Position numbers and translations under genes: made by a program. Under the pieces are notes generated by a model. That model did no database searches, was not told the origin of the DNA, and was given only the letters and a program-made list of their open reading frames with translations. A stretch of DNA of 64,000 nucleotides from assembly GCA_044892525.1 (NCBI GenBank), contig CM097887.1, positions 121,808,397 to 121,872,396 of the forward strand, written 5' to 3'. Origin of the DNA: Schmidtea polychroa. Taxonomy: Eukaryota. This document shows, piece by piece, positions 25,961 through 39,575 of this stretch (its first letter is position 1; every line of letters begins with the position of its first letter).

Positions 25961-26644
25961 TATAAATTATACGGACTTCCCAAAGTTCATAAAGACGGAG
26001 TTCCCGTGAGACCTGTTTTAACTATGGTTGGAACCGCTCAGTATAAAATAGCGAAGTATTTGGATGGATTATTAAAACCCTTAATAAAATCTGAGTTTGA
26101 ATGTAAGGACAGTTTTCAATTTAGATTATGTAAAGCCTATACAATATAGGACAATTGAATAAAAATAATGTTAATGAGTATATGGTTTAGTTTGATGTAT
26201 GTAGTTTATTTACTAATGTCCCGTTGAAAGAAACAATCGATTTATGTTGTGAATTATGAAATATAAATATTGATGCGCATAAAATGTGTGATGGAAGTGC
26301 ATTTAGAAGCTTTTAGAGTTTGCAACTTCCAAAGTTAATTTTCTTAGTAATGAATGGTATGAACAAATTGATGAGTGGCTATGGGTTCGCCCTTAGCACC
26401 AACAATGGCATTGTCAATATTTTTGGCATATTTTGAAAAGAAAATTGCTTCTTTTCAATATGAAAAACCAATTGTGTATAAAAGGTATGTTGATGATATT
26501 TTTTTGATATTTAAAAATAAGGAACGTGAAACTGTTTTTGCATTACATGAATGGATTGCATAAGAACATTATATTCACATGTGAAACTGGGAAGGATTCA
26601 TCCATAGCATTTCTTGACTTATTAATTAAGCGTAAAGATGAATA
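25961..26644 (+). mobile_element. Penelope-like RT relic, unit copy
   Basis: Mirror of 16071-16754. Confidence 0.85.
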
Positions 26645-26650
26645 ATAATA

Positions 26651-28451
26651 AATTTAAATGTTTATTAGCAATGTTCCGTTTTAACTTAAACGTGAATTCT
26701 ATTCTTTCATCCCCCTTCTTTGAAAATTCTTTAATCTTTTCAATATTCCTGATTAAAGATTTCCCACTTTTATCTCTCAGCATATAACTACGATCGTGTA
26801 TTCGTTTTGTTACCATGTATGGTCCTTCATATCTATCTTGATCCTTATTTCGTATTTCTCGTTTGATTAACACTTTGTCTCCAACATCCAACCTCCTTGC
26901 AGTTGTTGTTTCATCATTTCGTCTTTTACATTCAATTTTCAATGCGATATCGTTCCTGTTGATTCTACTATCATTTTACCATTTCGATCTATCAATTTTC
27001 CTACCAAAAATAATTTCAGCTGGACTTACTCCTGTTTTGTTTTGGATTGTCGCGTTGAGTGTATATTATGGGATAAGGTCTGCCCAGTCTTTTGTATTTC
27101 CGTCTTTCAGCGATGCATTAATAAAATCTCTTATTGTCCGGAATTGTCTTTCGATTATACCATTCGTATTATGATGATATGGGCTCGAATACACTATCAC
27201 GAACCCTGCATTTTTGCTTATATTCTTTATGCTATTAGCTTCGAATGTTTTCCCGCAATCTACATGTAGTTCTTTTGGTGCTTCAAATTTTTGAATCCAG
27301 TTGTTTAAAAATATCTTTCCAACTGTCTCTTCATCCTGTTTATTGATTGCTGTTAACGAGATGTATTTGCTGTAATGGTCGATTATTGCGCAAATGTATC
27401 TTTTCCTGTTAAATGTTTCTTTCATTGGGCCACAGATATCCATATATATTTTCTCAAAAGGTTCGGATGCTTCAAGTACTTTTGGTTTCTCTTTCATCTT
27501 TGTAGTTACAACTTTAACTTTTTGGAACGATTCGCAATTTCATATTGTCGTTTTTTCTTCCTTTATTAGATCTCTCATATCAAAATTGTTTTGTATGTAT
27601 TTGATAACTTTGTCAACTCTAGCATGTCACAATAATAGATTTGTTTTGTTAATCATTTCTCTTCTTTTGCTCTCTGGTATCCATATTCTTTTATCTTTGG
27701 TATAAATAATGTTATCCTCTATTATAAACCTTCCACTTGTTTGCGTTCTTATTTTATTTTTAATCTCCTCTATTTCATCACTATTCATTTGCCATTCCTC
27801 TCCTTTGTCTTCAGTCATTATATATAACAACCTGGTTTTCATTCTTCCCATTTTAGGATTATCGTGCTCCATAAGGCATTGTACACATGTGCCACACGTT
27901 TTCCTCGATAACATGTCTGCTTTCGTATGTAGTGTACCCTTTCTAAATTCTATTTTTATATCAAGGCTACTTAAATAGTTTATCCAGGTCTGGAATTGAG
28001 CTGTAATTGGCTTTTTCGTTAGCATAAATGTTATTGCTTTATGATCTGTACGTAGTATAAATCTTTTCCCATATAAATAGTGATTGAAATGCCTACAAAA
28101 ATAATATATAGCCAGGAGTTCTTGTCTTGTAATACAATAGCCTCTTTCGTGGTCATTCATCGCATGTGAATCATATGCGATAACTTGCTCATATCCCATG
28201 TCATCCTCCTGTGATAAGACTGCGCCGATTGTATCGAAACTTGCGTCCGTATCCAGTATGAATTCTTTCTTAAAATCCGGAAATACCAAAATCGGTGCGG
28301 TTATTAATGTCGACTTCATATTCTTCATATTCACTTACTTTAATTAATTAAATTGAATATTTATATAAAAATTTAAGCAATCTGATATATACAATTTAAA
28401 TGTTTATTAGCAATGTTCCGTTTTAACTTAAACGTGAATTCTACCCTTTCA
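26651..28451 (-). mobile_element. Deleted gypsy element, unit copy
   Basis: Mirror of 14264-16064. Confidence 0.88.
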
Positions 28452-29878
28452 GCTATTCAAAACGGTTTTTATTGTTAACGTTGAAAGAGGCTGTTGATAA
28501 ATGTATGAATAATGCTAAGGATTGTAGTATGAATGAATGTAAATTGACTGATATGTCGAATGATGTAGTGAATATGAGTATTTATACTAACAAACAAGAT
28601 GAGCAAAAATATACGTGGTAAAATTTGCAATATGTATTATGACACTACGGGAGGTATAATTACAAAATGAAAAGGAAAAATACTTTTGAGAACTGTTATT
28701 GAAATATTTCTGATGAGAAGAAGGAGATATATTAAGTATTAATAGCATTTATTTAAAATTATTTTACTAAACTTATCAATTGCATAAAAATATTTAGAAC
28801 ATTTTTGGTTTTTAAGAGAAGAAATATCTGGATGGTTCTCCTACCGTCGCATTTGAATTCATAATACCCTCAATTCTGTGTGATTTTTGGCGCTATGCGT
28901 CTGCAAATTTTTGAATCTGGCGCATGTGTTTTCTCATGTCTTCTGGGTGGAACCAGGTGCACTTCATTTCCCGACACCGAGCCTTGAGTTTGTTGACCCG
29001 GAATTGTAATTTTTCGTCAGCATGCTGGTCGGCTTTCTTGTCCGTTTTCAGAATTTCAACCAAACTCAATGCTTATAAAAGAAAATTTAGCTAGACTACC
29101 CCTGGGTACGTGGAAATAAATCACGACAAAGTTATGAAAGAAAAGATTCAATTACCACCCTATTTGTGAATTACGGTCTAGTCCTAACCTCTTCAACCAC
29201 TACACTATCCACCATTTCTATTCAACGCGTTCATCCTAGCTTACAAGAACGTACTCTAACACCAATTCTTTTTGCATCACATCAGATTAACACTATTATG
29301 TAAAGCCCTGTATTAATTTCTTGATGGTACCACTGCCTTTGGCTTTTACCTGCGATCCAATCGTTTTAGATTTAACCATTTGTCATTCCGATTTCGAAGA
29401 GTATATAAGGAATGGGAAAATCAAAGCAAACCGGCTTTTAGCCTCAGCTAGTAATTCGAAGAAATCGAAAGTAGGAAAAAGGAAAAGACAGAATAGGACG
29501 TTTAGGGAAAACGAAAATATAGAATTAGGAGATACTTACGAAAAGAAAATAGAATTAAATCAAATATAAAAGAAAAGAGTTGGTCAAAAGAAGCTAGTGA
29601 ATAAAAAGGTGAATATTATTATTTTTATTATTATTATTATTATTTTTAATGTATAAATTTTGAGTTATTTTATCAAGAAAAATAATTTTGATAAAATTGA
29701 TTAATATGTAAATATTTCGAGCAGGATAGTTGATCTTTAAATATTTATCTTTTCGACACTTCTGTCTCACACCTGTGGCTTTCAAAAATATTATTTTAAA
29801 ATTTTTTCATTTTTCAGCCAGTTGAACTCAAAATAATGATTATAAATACCGAATGAAGATTTTAAAAGTTAGATAAAA

Positions 29879-30882
29879 ATGATTAAATTAATACTTGTGT
29901 CATGGTCTATGTTGATTTTGTGTGAATTCGTACGTTCACAAGACATTATCTCTAAAGGTAAACCAACAGCTCAAAGCAGCAATTATGGAAATAAATATCC
30001 TTCAAGTTTCTGTGTTGATGGCAATTTATCCAATTTCTGCCATACAAATTCAGAAAGAAATCCATATTGGATGGTTGATCTAGAGGGTTCATACACCATC
30101 GATTCTGTTGTTCTACACAATAGAGTTGATTGTTGTCAAGATAGGATTGTTGGAGCAGTAGTAGAATTGTTGTCCAAGACCAATAAACTCATTCATCAAT
30201 GTGGACAAATCACTGAAAGTAAACCTTCGTATGTATTTTCATGTGGAAATAAAATCGGAAACATGATTCGAATTAGACATACCAGAAACGAATATCTCAA
30301 TTTTCGAGAACTAGAAGTAAAAGGTTAGAAATATTTAAAATTATAAAAGGTCTTTACTGCATTTAAGGTGCTTCATATAAAAATGCAGCAAAAGCTACGA
30401 TCAACATTGCCAAAGGAAAGAATTCTATCTTAAATAAGCAAAGCCATAATCAATATCCAGCAGCATTTTGTAATGACGAGAAGTTCGATAATTTTTGCCA
30501 CACAACTCAGGCACTAAACTCGTCTTGGACAGTATTCCTAGGAAGGACATTCAATATTGAATCTTTAGTTTTGCATAACAGGAAAGATTGTTGTTCACAA
30601 AGAATGGTTGGAACAGTTATTGAATTGCTTAACAAAGAGGATGAGATTACTGGACAATGTGGAATAATCACGGAAAACAAGCCGGTTTATAACCTCAATT
30701 GTGACAGAAAATTAGCTGATAAAATTCGTGTAAGACAAACGAAAAATGAAATACTAAATTTTGCAGAACTTGAGGTTTATGGAGGTAAGATATTATTTGC
30801 AATTAATATCTCATTTATTTATTATTTAGAAGAAGAAGAAGGAGAAGAAGAAGTAATAGTGTTCGTAATAGAAAAAAAGTGA
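29879..30882 (+). CDS. Tandem F-type lectin, copy 5
   Basis: Exons 29879-30323, 30368-30784, 30830-30882; same motifs as copy 4. Confidence 0.88.
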
Positions 30883-33169
30883 AATAGTTTTGATGTATTA
30901 TAAAAGTTGCCAAAGAAATAAATTCTTAATAAATTATTTGTTTTAATGATATACTCAACAATTATTATTAGTTTCTCCTTTTTATTATATTTCAATAGAT
31001 ATTACACAATGATATACCATTACATAAAAACTTAGTACGCCTGGAGATCACGTCGAGCTATCATGTATTTTTAGATTTTTCTAATAAAATCTAGTAAATA
31101 ATTTATTTAGATTGAATAAATTAATTTAAAAATTACTTATAAGTAAGCTTATCACATGTATACTCAATTTGATTTACAGATTGCTTAAATATTTTAGGAA
31201 ATTCAGTAAAAACTCATTTACAATTATCAAAGTCAATAATTTACCTTAGAAATATCTAAATAATTATCATTAAATTTTTAAAAGGACTGACATAAGCCCA
31301 CGAATGATAACATTGAATGAACAAGTTTTCTAAATTAATTACTCTAAATTACACCATTCTACCATTTGTTATATACAAGCGCATGATTGATTACTCTCTA
31401 TAATCATCTAAAAATCATCAAATTTCCATAAAATATCTATCCATCTTTAAAGATTGATATTTTAGCGATAAGTATCCGTAAAGTATTATATATTCCCATT
31501 TTAATATCAAACCAATATAATTCATTAAAATCCCTTTAAATGACTATCTCTACTCTACTCCCATTAATTTTGATCTTAATTCCTATTATCTAAATATCAC
31601 AAATATTTCATTATAAAACATTCAAAATTAAGTAAATTAATAAATTCATAGAATTAATTTATAAAATTAGTTATAATTAAAAATAATTAAATCTTTGTTC
31701 TTACGGAAAGTCACTCCTTGAAATTTAAAATAAAATCAATTAAAGAATTTATTCAATTGATTTTGTATAATTCACAATTAACCACCTTGATTCATCGAAA
31801 GATTAAATTTATCCATTCGATAAAATCTCTATATTCCTTCAAATGGCCATATTCTATTCTTAACTGATATTCAGCTGATTCAATCTCCAGAAATATAATT
31901 AAAAGCCATTTGAAAAATCAGAAATTTCTTTCAATAAAGATTAACTTTCATTTGTTGTTACGACACCCAAAATTACTCTTTTAAGTTAATATTTCACAAA
32001 TTTTGTCATCGATACCCTTACAATCAATACTTGTCTATTACATTTTAAATAAAAGTAAAATAATTTAATATATCAATTGATATCAATTCCAATTATCTCT
32101 AAAGATCTCAAATATTAATAAAATCGCTGTCTTCTAGAGATCTAAAAGTCACACTAAATAATTATAATTCTACCACCTTTAAATATATATATCCAACCAA
32201 CTATATTCCTAAACTTCCGTAAAGATTTCTCCCACCTGCCACATCCCTTTTTAAAATATCAATTCAGTCGATTAAATCCTCTTAAAACCGATTGAAAATT
32301 TTAAAAATTCATCAAAAATTATGAATTTTCTTTAACTACACATTACTGACATCCACCAGTCTTCCATTGAAATAATTGAGTAGCTAAATCCGTATTATAA
32401 GACTTTCAAAGAACAAATTCACTAAAACCAATATTTTCTACAAATCAACAAAGTTTTAACACAATTTACCATCAAATACCTAACTAGAGATTATATTTTC
32501 TCATTGATTGATCATAATTTTCACAGATTCCCTCAATAATTTTCTAGCAATTATAAATCTTTCAAACCAAATCAGAAATTTCAGTATATCCTACAATAAT
32601 TTTCATGTAAATTTCAAATATTTTACCATCATCTATCCTTGATAAAATTAACTGGTTTCTTAGTTTAAAATTTTCAATATTTAATAGTTCATTAATGTGT
32701 AAACTGCCTAATGAGAAATTGAAAAGTTCATGGAAAATATAATTATTGAAAAAATCATTTTGTCAAATTTAATATCATTACAAAGTTCATACTATCATCA
32801 AAATTAAATAAATCACATGATTATTGTAAAAACTCAAATTAAAAACTTTAAGAGCAAATTATCAAGAAATTAATTAAATTTATCTTAGAATAACCATTAA
32901 AACCTCATTATTTAAAATACTCTTTGAATCAACAAAGAAATTCACAAAAAATGATAGAAATTCATTTAAATATTTCTTAAAACCAGCTGGCATTAACTCT
33001 AAAATATTACTAATGAATTTAATTGCCTTAGACAATCAAATTTCTTAAATAATCACTCAAATAAAATCATTAAAACTGGAATTTATCATTAATACATCTT
33101 TTTCACTATATATTTCGATAGCATCACTGTCATCATCAGGATACCTACATTCACGACGGATGACTAACT

Positions 33170-33853
33170 TATAAATTATACGGACTTCCCAAAGTTCATA
33201 AAGACGGAGTTCCCGTGAGACCTGTTTTAACTATGGTTGGAACCGCTCAGTATAAAATAGCGAAGTATTTGGATGGATTATTAAAACCCTTAATAAAATC
33301 TGAGTTTGAATGTAAGGACAGTTTTCAATTTAGATTATGTAAAGCCTATACAATATAGGACAATTGAATAAAAATAATGTTAATGAGTATATGGTTTAGT
33401 TTGATGTATGTAGTTTATTTACTAATGTCCCGTTGAAAGAAACAATCGATTTATGTTGTGAATTATGAAATATAAATATTGATGCGCATAAAATGTGTGA
33501 TGGAAGTGCATTTAGAAGCTTTTAGAGTTTGCAACTTCCAAAGTTAATTTTCTTAGTAATGAATGGTATGAACAAATTGATGAGTGGCTATGGGTTCGCC
33601 CTTAGCACCAACAATGGCATTGTCAATATTTTTGGCATATTTTGAAAAGAAAATTGCTTCTTTTCAATATGAAAAACCAATTGTGTATAAAAGGTATGTT
33701 GATGATATTTTTTTGATATTTAAAAATAAGGAACGTGAAACTGTTTTTGCATTACATGAATGGATTGCATAAGAACATTATATTCACATGTGAAACTGGG
33801 AAGGATTCATCCATAGCATTTCTTGACTTATTAATTAAGCGTAAAGATGAATA
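33170..33853 (+). mobile_element. Penelope-like RT relic, unit copy
   Basis: Mirror of 8862-9545. Confidence 0.85.
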
Positions 33854-33859
33854 ATAATA

Positions 33860-35660
33860 AATTTAAATGTTTATTAGCAATGTTCCGTTTTAACTTAAAC
33901 GTGAATTCTATTCTTTCATCCCCCTTCTTTGAAAATTCTTTAATCTTTTCAATATTCCTGATTAAAGATTTCCCACTTTTATCTCTCAGCATATAACTAC
34001 GATCGTGTATTCGTTTTGTTACCATGTATGGTCCTTCATATCTATCTTGATCCTTATTTCGTATTTCTCGTTTGATTAACACTTTGTCTCCAACATCCAA
34101 CCTCCTTGCAGTTGTTGTTTCATCATTTCGTCTTTTACATTCAATTTTCAATGCGATATCGTTCCTGTTGATTCTACTATCATTTTACCATTTCGATCTA
34201 TCAATTTTCCTACCAAAAATAATTTCAGCTGGACTTACTCCTGTTTTGTTTTGGATTGTCGCGTTGAGTGTATATTATGGGATAAGGTCTGCCCAGTCTT
34301 TTGTATTTCCGTCTTTCAGCGATGCATTAATAAAATCTCTTATTGTCCGGAATTGTCTTTCGATTATACCATTCGTATTATGATGATATGGGCTCGAATA
34401 CACTATCACTAACCCTGCATTTTTGCTTATATTCTTTATGCTATTAGCTTCGAATGTTTTCCCGCAATCTACATGTAGTTCTTTTGGTGCTTCAAATTTT
34501 TGAATCCAGTTGTTTAAAAATATCTTTCCAACTGTCTCTTCATCCTGTTTATTGATTGCTGTTAACGAGATGTATTTGCTGTAATGGTCGATTTTTGCGC
34601 AAATGTATCTTTTCCTGTTAAATGTTTCTTTCATTGGGCCACAGATATCCATATATATTTTCTCAAAAGGTTCGGATGCTTCAAGTACTTTTGGTTTCTC
34701 TTTCATCTTTGTAGTTACAACTTTAACTTTTTGGAACGATTCGCAATTTCATATTGTCGTTTTTTCTTCCTTTATTAGATCTCTCATATCAAAATTGTTT
34801 TGTATGTATTTGATAACTTTGTCAACTCTAGCATGTCACAATAATAGATTTGTTTTGTTAATCATTTCTCTTCTTTTGCTCTCTGGTATCCATATTCTTT
34901 TATCTTTGGTATAAATAATGTTATCCTCTATTATAAACCTTCCACTTGTTTGCGTTCTTATTTTATTTTTAATCTCCTCTATTTCATCACTATTCATTTG
35001 CCATTCCTCTCCTTTGTCTTCAGTCATTATATATAACAACCTGGTTTTCATTCTTCCCATTTTAGGATTATCGTGCTCCATAAGGCATTGTACACATGTG
35101 CCACACGTTTTCCTCGATAACATGTCTGCTTTCGTATGTAGTGTACCCTTTCTAAATTCTATTTTTATATCAAGGCTACTTAAATAGTTTATCCAGGTCT
35201 GGAATTGAGCTGTAATTGGCTTTTTCGTTAGCATAAATGTTATTGCTTTATGATCTGTACGTAGTATAAATCTTTTCCCATATAAATAGTGATTGAAATG
35301 CCTACAAAAATAATATATAGCCAGGAGTTCTTGTCTTGTAATACAATAGCCTCTTTCGTGGTCATTCATCGCATGTGAATCATATGCGATAACTTGCTCA
35401 TATCCCATGTCATCCTCCTGTGATAAGACTGCGCCGATTGTATCGAAACTTGCGTCCGTATCCAGTATGAATTCTTTCTTAAAATCCGGAAATACCAAAA
35501 TCGGTGCGGTTATTAATGTCGACTTCATATTCTTCATATTCACTTACTTTAATTAATTAAATTGAATATTTATATAAAAATTTAAGCAATCTGATATATA
35601 CAATTTAAATGTTTATTAGCAATGTTCCGTTTTAACTTAAACGTGAATTCTACCCTTTCA
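33860..35660 (-). mobile_element. Deleted gypsy element, unit copy
   Basis: Mirror of 7055-8855; carries two private SNPs in integrase. Confidence 0.88.
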
Positions 35661-37017
35661 GCTATTCAAAACGGTTTTTATTGTTAACGTTGAAAGAGGC
35701 TGTTGATAAATGTATGAATAATGCTAAGGATTGTAGTATGAATGAATGTAAATTGACTGATATGTCGAATGATGTAGTGAATATGAGTATTTATACTAAC
35801 AAACAAGATGAGCAAAAATATACGTGGTAAAATTTGCAATATGTATTATGACACTACGGGAGGTATAATTACAAAATGAAAAGGAAAAATACTTTTGAGA
35901 ACTGTTATTGAAATATTTCTGATGAGAAGAAGGAGATATATTAAGTATTAATAGCATTTATTTAAAATTATTTTACTAAACTTATCAATTGCATAAAAAT
36001 ATTTAGAACATTTTTGGTTTTTAAGAGAAGAAATATCTGGATGGTTCTCCTACCGTCGCATTTGAATTCATAATACCCTCAATTCTGTGTGATTTTTGGC
36101 GCTATGCGTCTGCAAATTTTTGAATCTGGCGCATGTGTTTTCTCATGTCTTCTGGGTGGAACCAGGTGCACTTCATTTCCCGACACCGAGCCTTGAGTTT
36201 GTTGACCCGGAATTGTAATTTTTCGTCAGCATGCTGGTCGGCTTTCTTGTCCGTTTTCAGAATTTCAACCAAACTCAATGCTTATAAAAGAAAATTTAGC
36301 TAGACTACCCCTGGGTACGTGGAAATAAATCACGACAAAGTTATGAAAGAAAAGATTCAATTACCACCCTATTTGTGAATTACGGTCTAGTCCTAACCTC
36401 TTCAACCACTACACTATCCACCATTTCTATTCAACGCGTTCATCCTAGCTTACAAGAACGTACTCTAACACCAATTCTTTTTGCATCACATCAGATTAAC
36501 ACTATTATGTAAAGCCCTGTATTAATTTCTTGATGGTACCACTGCCTTTGGCTTTTACCTGCGATCCAATCGTTTTAGATTTCGCTCTGAGAACTGGGAG
36601 TACCTATTTTGATTCTGCTCCCATTTGTCATCGACCAACAGCTGAAGTTCCTGTTCAATATATCGAATCATACCGTCTTCAATTTTTGCTCAAAGCGATT
36701 GAGCATGTCGTCGTCTCAACAGGGAACAGTTCCATCTTGAACGTCCCTCTCGGTCTGACATAGTCTCCGGATGTCACTCTGCAGGGAGTTGAATCAGGCT
36801 GATTTGGCGTGACTGAGACTGAGTTCTTGCTTCACTATTTTTCGCCCGAGGTTTTCCAATTATTTACAACTTATTTTTGGCGCAGATTGTCTATCAGCAC
36901 ATCAAGCTTTAATCGATTATAATTTGAAAAGAGTTTTAATTATTTAAATTAATTATTTAAGATTTTTTACAAGAATATATGGTCAAATATTTTGATAAAT
37001 CGATGGCCACGTGAAAT

Positions 37018-37640
37018 TTGGTTGTTGATAATAACCTGATGGGTTACTTCAACAAACCAGAATGTAGCGCTAAAATAACAACACAACACGAAATTGTTAT
37101 AAATGATATCGTCAGATCATTTCTAGCAAGGCGTTTATTTGTAGACAAATTTAAAGTTGCCAAAGATTGGTTTTACAAAATGGTAGACACTGGAAAATGT
37201 CGATTATCCAACTCTTCAATTTCTTCGCCATTAGTTGTAATAAATCGAAACGGAAAATACAGATTCTGCGGTGATTACAAAATTTTGGACACTGCGACCA
37301 TTCCTGGTAGATAAATAATTCCCAGAATCGACGATTTACTGCAAATTGTTCAAAATAAAAAATACTTTTCCACTATTGGTCTTGAGAAGGTGTATTTACA
37401 AATTCCAATGAACAAAAGTGACATTCCAAAAACAGCAATAACTACTCCGTTTGGTATGTATGAATTCCTTTACAAGCTATTTGGGTTACAAAATGCCCAA
37501 TCTGGCTTCAAAGAATAATTAATACAATATTACGAAATTTTACATTTTCAAGAGCATACTTGGATGATGTACGTAATGCGTCAGACACAGAAGAAGAGCA
37601 TAACAAGCATTTTAAATTAATCGCGAACAGAATTGAATAA
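37018..37640 (+). mobile_element. Ty3/gypsy RT relic (different family) between ~62-bp direct repeats
   Basis: SSPLVV..YRFCGDYK, IPRIDDLL, KYFSTI, QIPM..DIPKTAITTPFGMYEF, frameshifted YLDD; repeats at 36960-37022 and 37747-37810. Confidence 0.85.
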
Positions 37641-38054
37641 AGTTGGATTGTTAATTAATTGTAATTTCTGAAAATCTATAAGCAACATTACAGTTATTAT
37701 TATTTTCTGACCCTCGTTAAAAAATTCAAAATATTTCAAGGTCTCTAGATTTTTTTACAAGAATATATGGTCAAATATTTTGATAAATCGATGTCCACGT
37801 GAAATTTGGTAATGTTATTAAATTAAAGTAAATTAAGGGCAATATTTTAAAAATAAGTATTATATTTAAAATTCAGTTAGATGTTTAGAATGACATTAAG
37901 ACAATAAGGTAATAATTAAAAATTAAGTAAATTAAGGCAATATTTAAAGGTAAAGTAATAGGTTTAAACTTTTTAGTAAAATATTTAGAAAAACCATTAA
38001 GGTGATACATTAATGTAATAATTTAAGATTTAGTAAAATTAAGTAAATTAACAT

Positions 38055-38158
38055 TGTATTTATTAAAAAGCTTGACTAGAAATCCGTAAATGTATCGATG
38101 CTTTTTTGATATTCACGAATATTCAAGACTGTCTTTTCCAAGTGAATTTGATCCAAAA
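38055..38158. repeat. Dispersed ~100-bp repeat (also 58414-58518 and partial 42249-42305)
   Basis: Shared TAAAT(G/A)TATCGATG..TTTTGATATTCACGAAT core and flanks. Confidence 0.7.
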
Positions 38159-38879
38159 TCATATAATGGGGGTGTACACTGGATGGTCTGCTCCGGAGGG
38201 CATCTAACTACATACTAATTATATAATATAGCAACGATTTGTAAAATGAATAAATCATAGTTGATCTTTAAGTAACGTGAGGTCCCTAGAATAAAAATTA
38301 TTACTTTAGTTTATTATTATTAGTTTCTTTTATGGAATTACTTTATTTTTCATTTTTGTGAAAGACTCTTATTATAGTAATAAAGTCGATTTTCTTGAAT
38401 AAATTAAAAATTAATGATTAATATAATATAAATACTCGGCACCATTGAAATCAATTACAATTAGAATAATTCATCAAATAAACAAAACGATAATAAACTG
38501 AAAAATTAAAACAAAAATAAAATAGACAAATTTCATTGTAATTGTTTTTTTTCATTTGCAGCAATTATTTTCAAAAATAATTTCTGAAAATAATCGATAA
38601 TATTTTCAGTACAATTGTTTTGTTGTTTGATTATTTAGATATATTTTTTATTGTTGTTTTGTTTGATATAACAGAGCAAAATATACCAATGAAATATAAA
38701 ATTCAAATAATGTTTATTATGATTTATACTTAAAAACAAATTAATTATAAAAAATAATCTGGGGATAAAAAGAAATCAAAAAGATTAATGATAAATAATT
38801 AGACAATAATAATAATAAGGATAATAATGATAATTAACATATACGCAACATTACAGTTGTACCAGGGAAAGTATACAAT

Positions 38880-39512
38880 TAGGCTTGCCAGGTGTACGTT
38901 ATTTTGGCTTACAAAATAAGAATGTACGTTATTTACGGAATTAGTGAAAACGTACTTAAAGGTACGTTTAATTACTGATTATTTTTTGATTTGTTTTGTT
39001 ATAATATAATTTTTGTCCAGTTCAACTTTAATGAATCAGCGTTTTTGTATTTTTAAAGTATTATTTCTGGAATATTTGTTAAAAAAAGTATTTAAATGTA
39101 AATCTTCTTTTAATTTTATTTAAGATCTATATATGATGGAAAAAGAAATTGGTGTTTTTGGAATTTGTGCCATAAAATTAAATATTTAAATTTTTTGATT
39201 TGTTTTGTTATAATATAATTTTTGTCCAGTTCAACTTTAATGATGCAGTATAATACTATTCATATAATTAATTTTAATATTTTATTGAAATGATATAATT
39301 AATTTTTTGTTAAGGCAGAATTAAAGATCTTGTGATTTATTTTTTAAATTATTTTATTTTTTAAAATAATTTAATAATTTTATATATAACATATTTACTG
39401 ATAATTATAATAATAAAAAAAATTACATAACATGTATCTTTAATTGTTTTCTTTTTTATGCTGATCAATTTTTGTATGTACGTTTTTTCGAAATTTCTAT
39501 CTGGCAAGCCTA
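38880..39512. mobile_element. hAT MITE (TAGG-type TIR)
   Basis: 12-bp TIRs TAGGCTTGCCAG / CTGGCAAGCCTA; perfect 8-bp TSD TATACAAT; repeated GTACGTT subterminal motifs; internal ~55-bp duplication. Confidence 0.92.
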
Positions 39513-39575
39513 TATACAATAGAGTTTAATCAACAATATCAATATGGCACAAAGAGAAATCTTCGCGTTTCCTGC

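Larger units (their letters stand above)
20881..36582. repeat. Inverted array of the same 7,209-bp unit (~2.2 copies)
   Basis: Reverse complement of the forward array; mirrored coordinates sum to 42715 (20045/22670, 12836/29879); period 7209. Confidence 0.97.
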
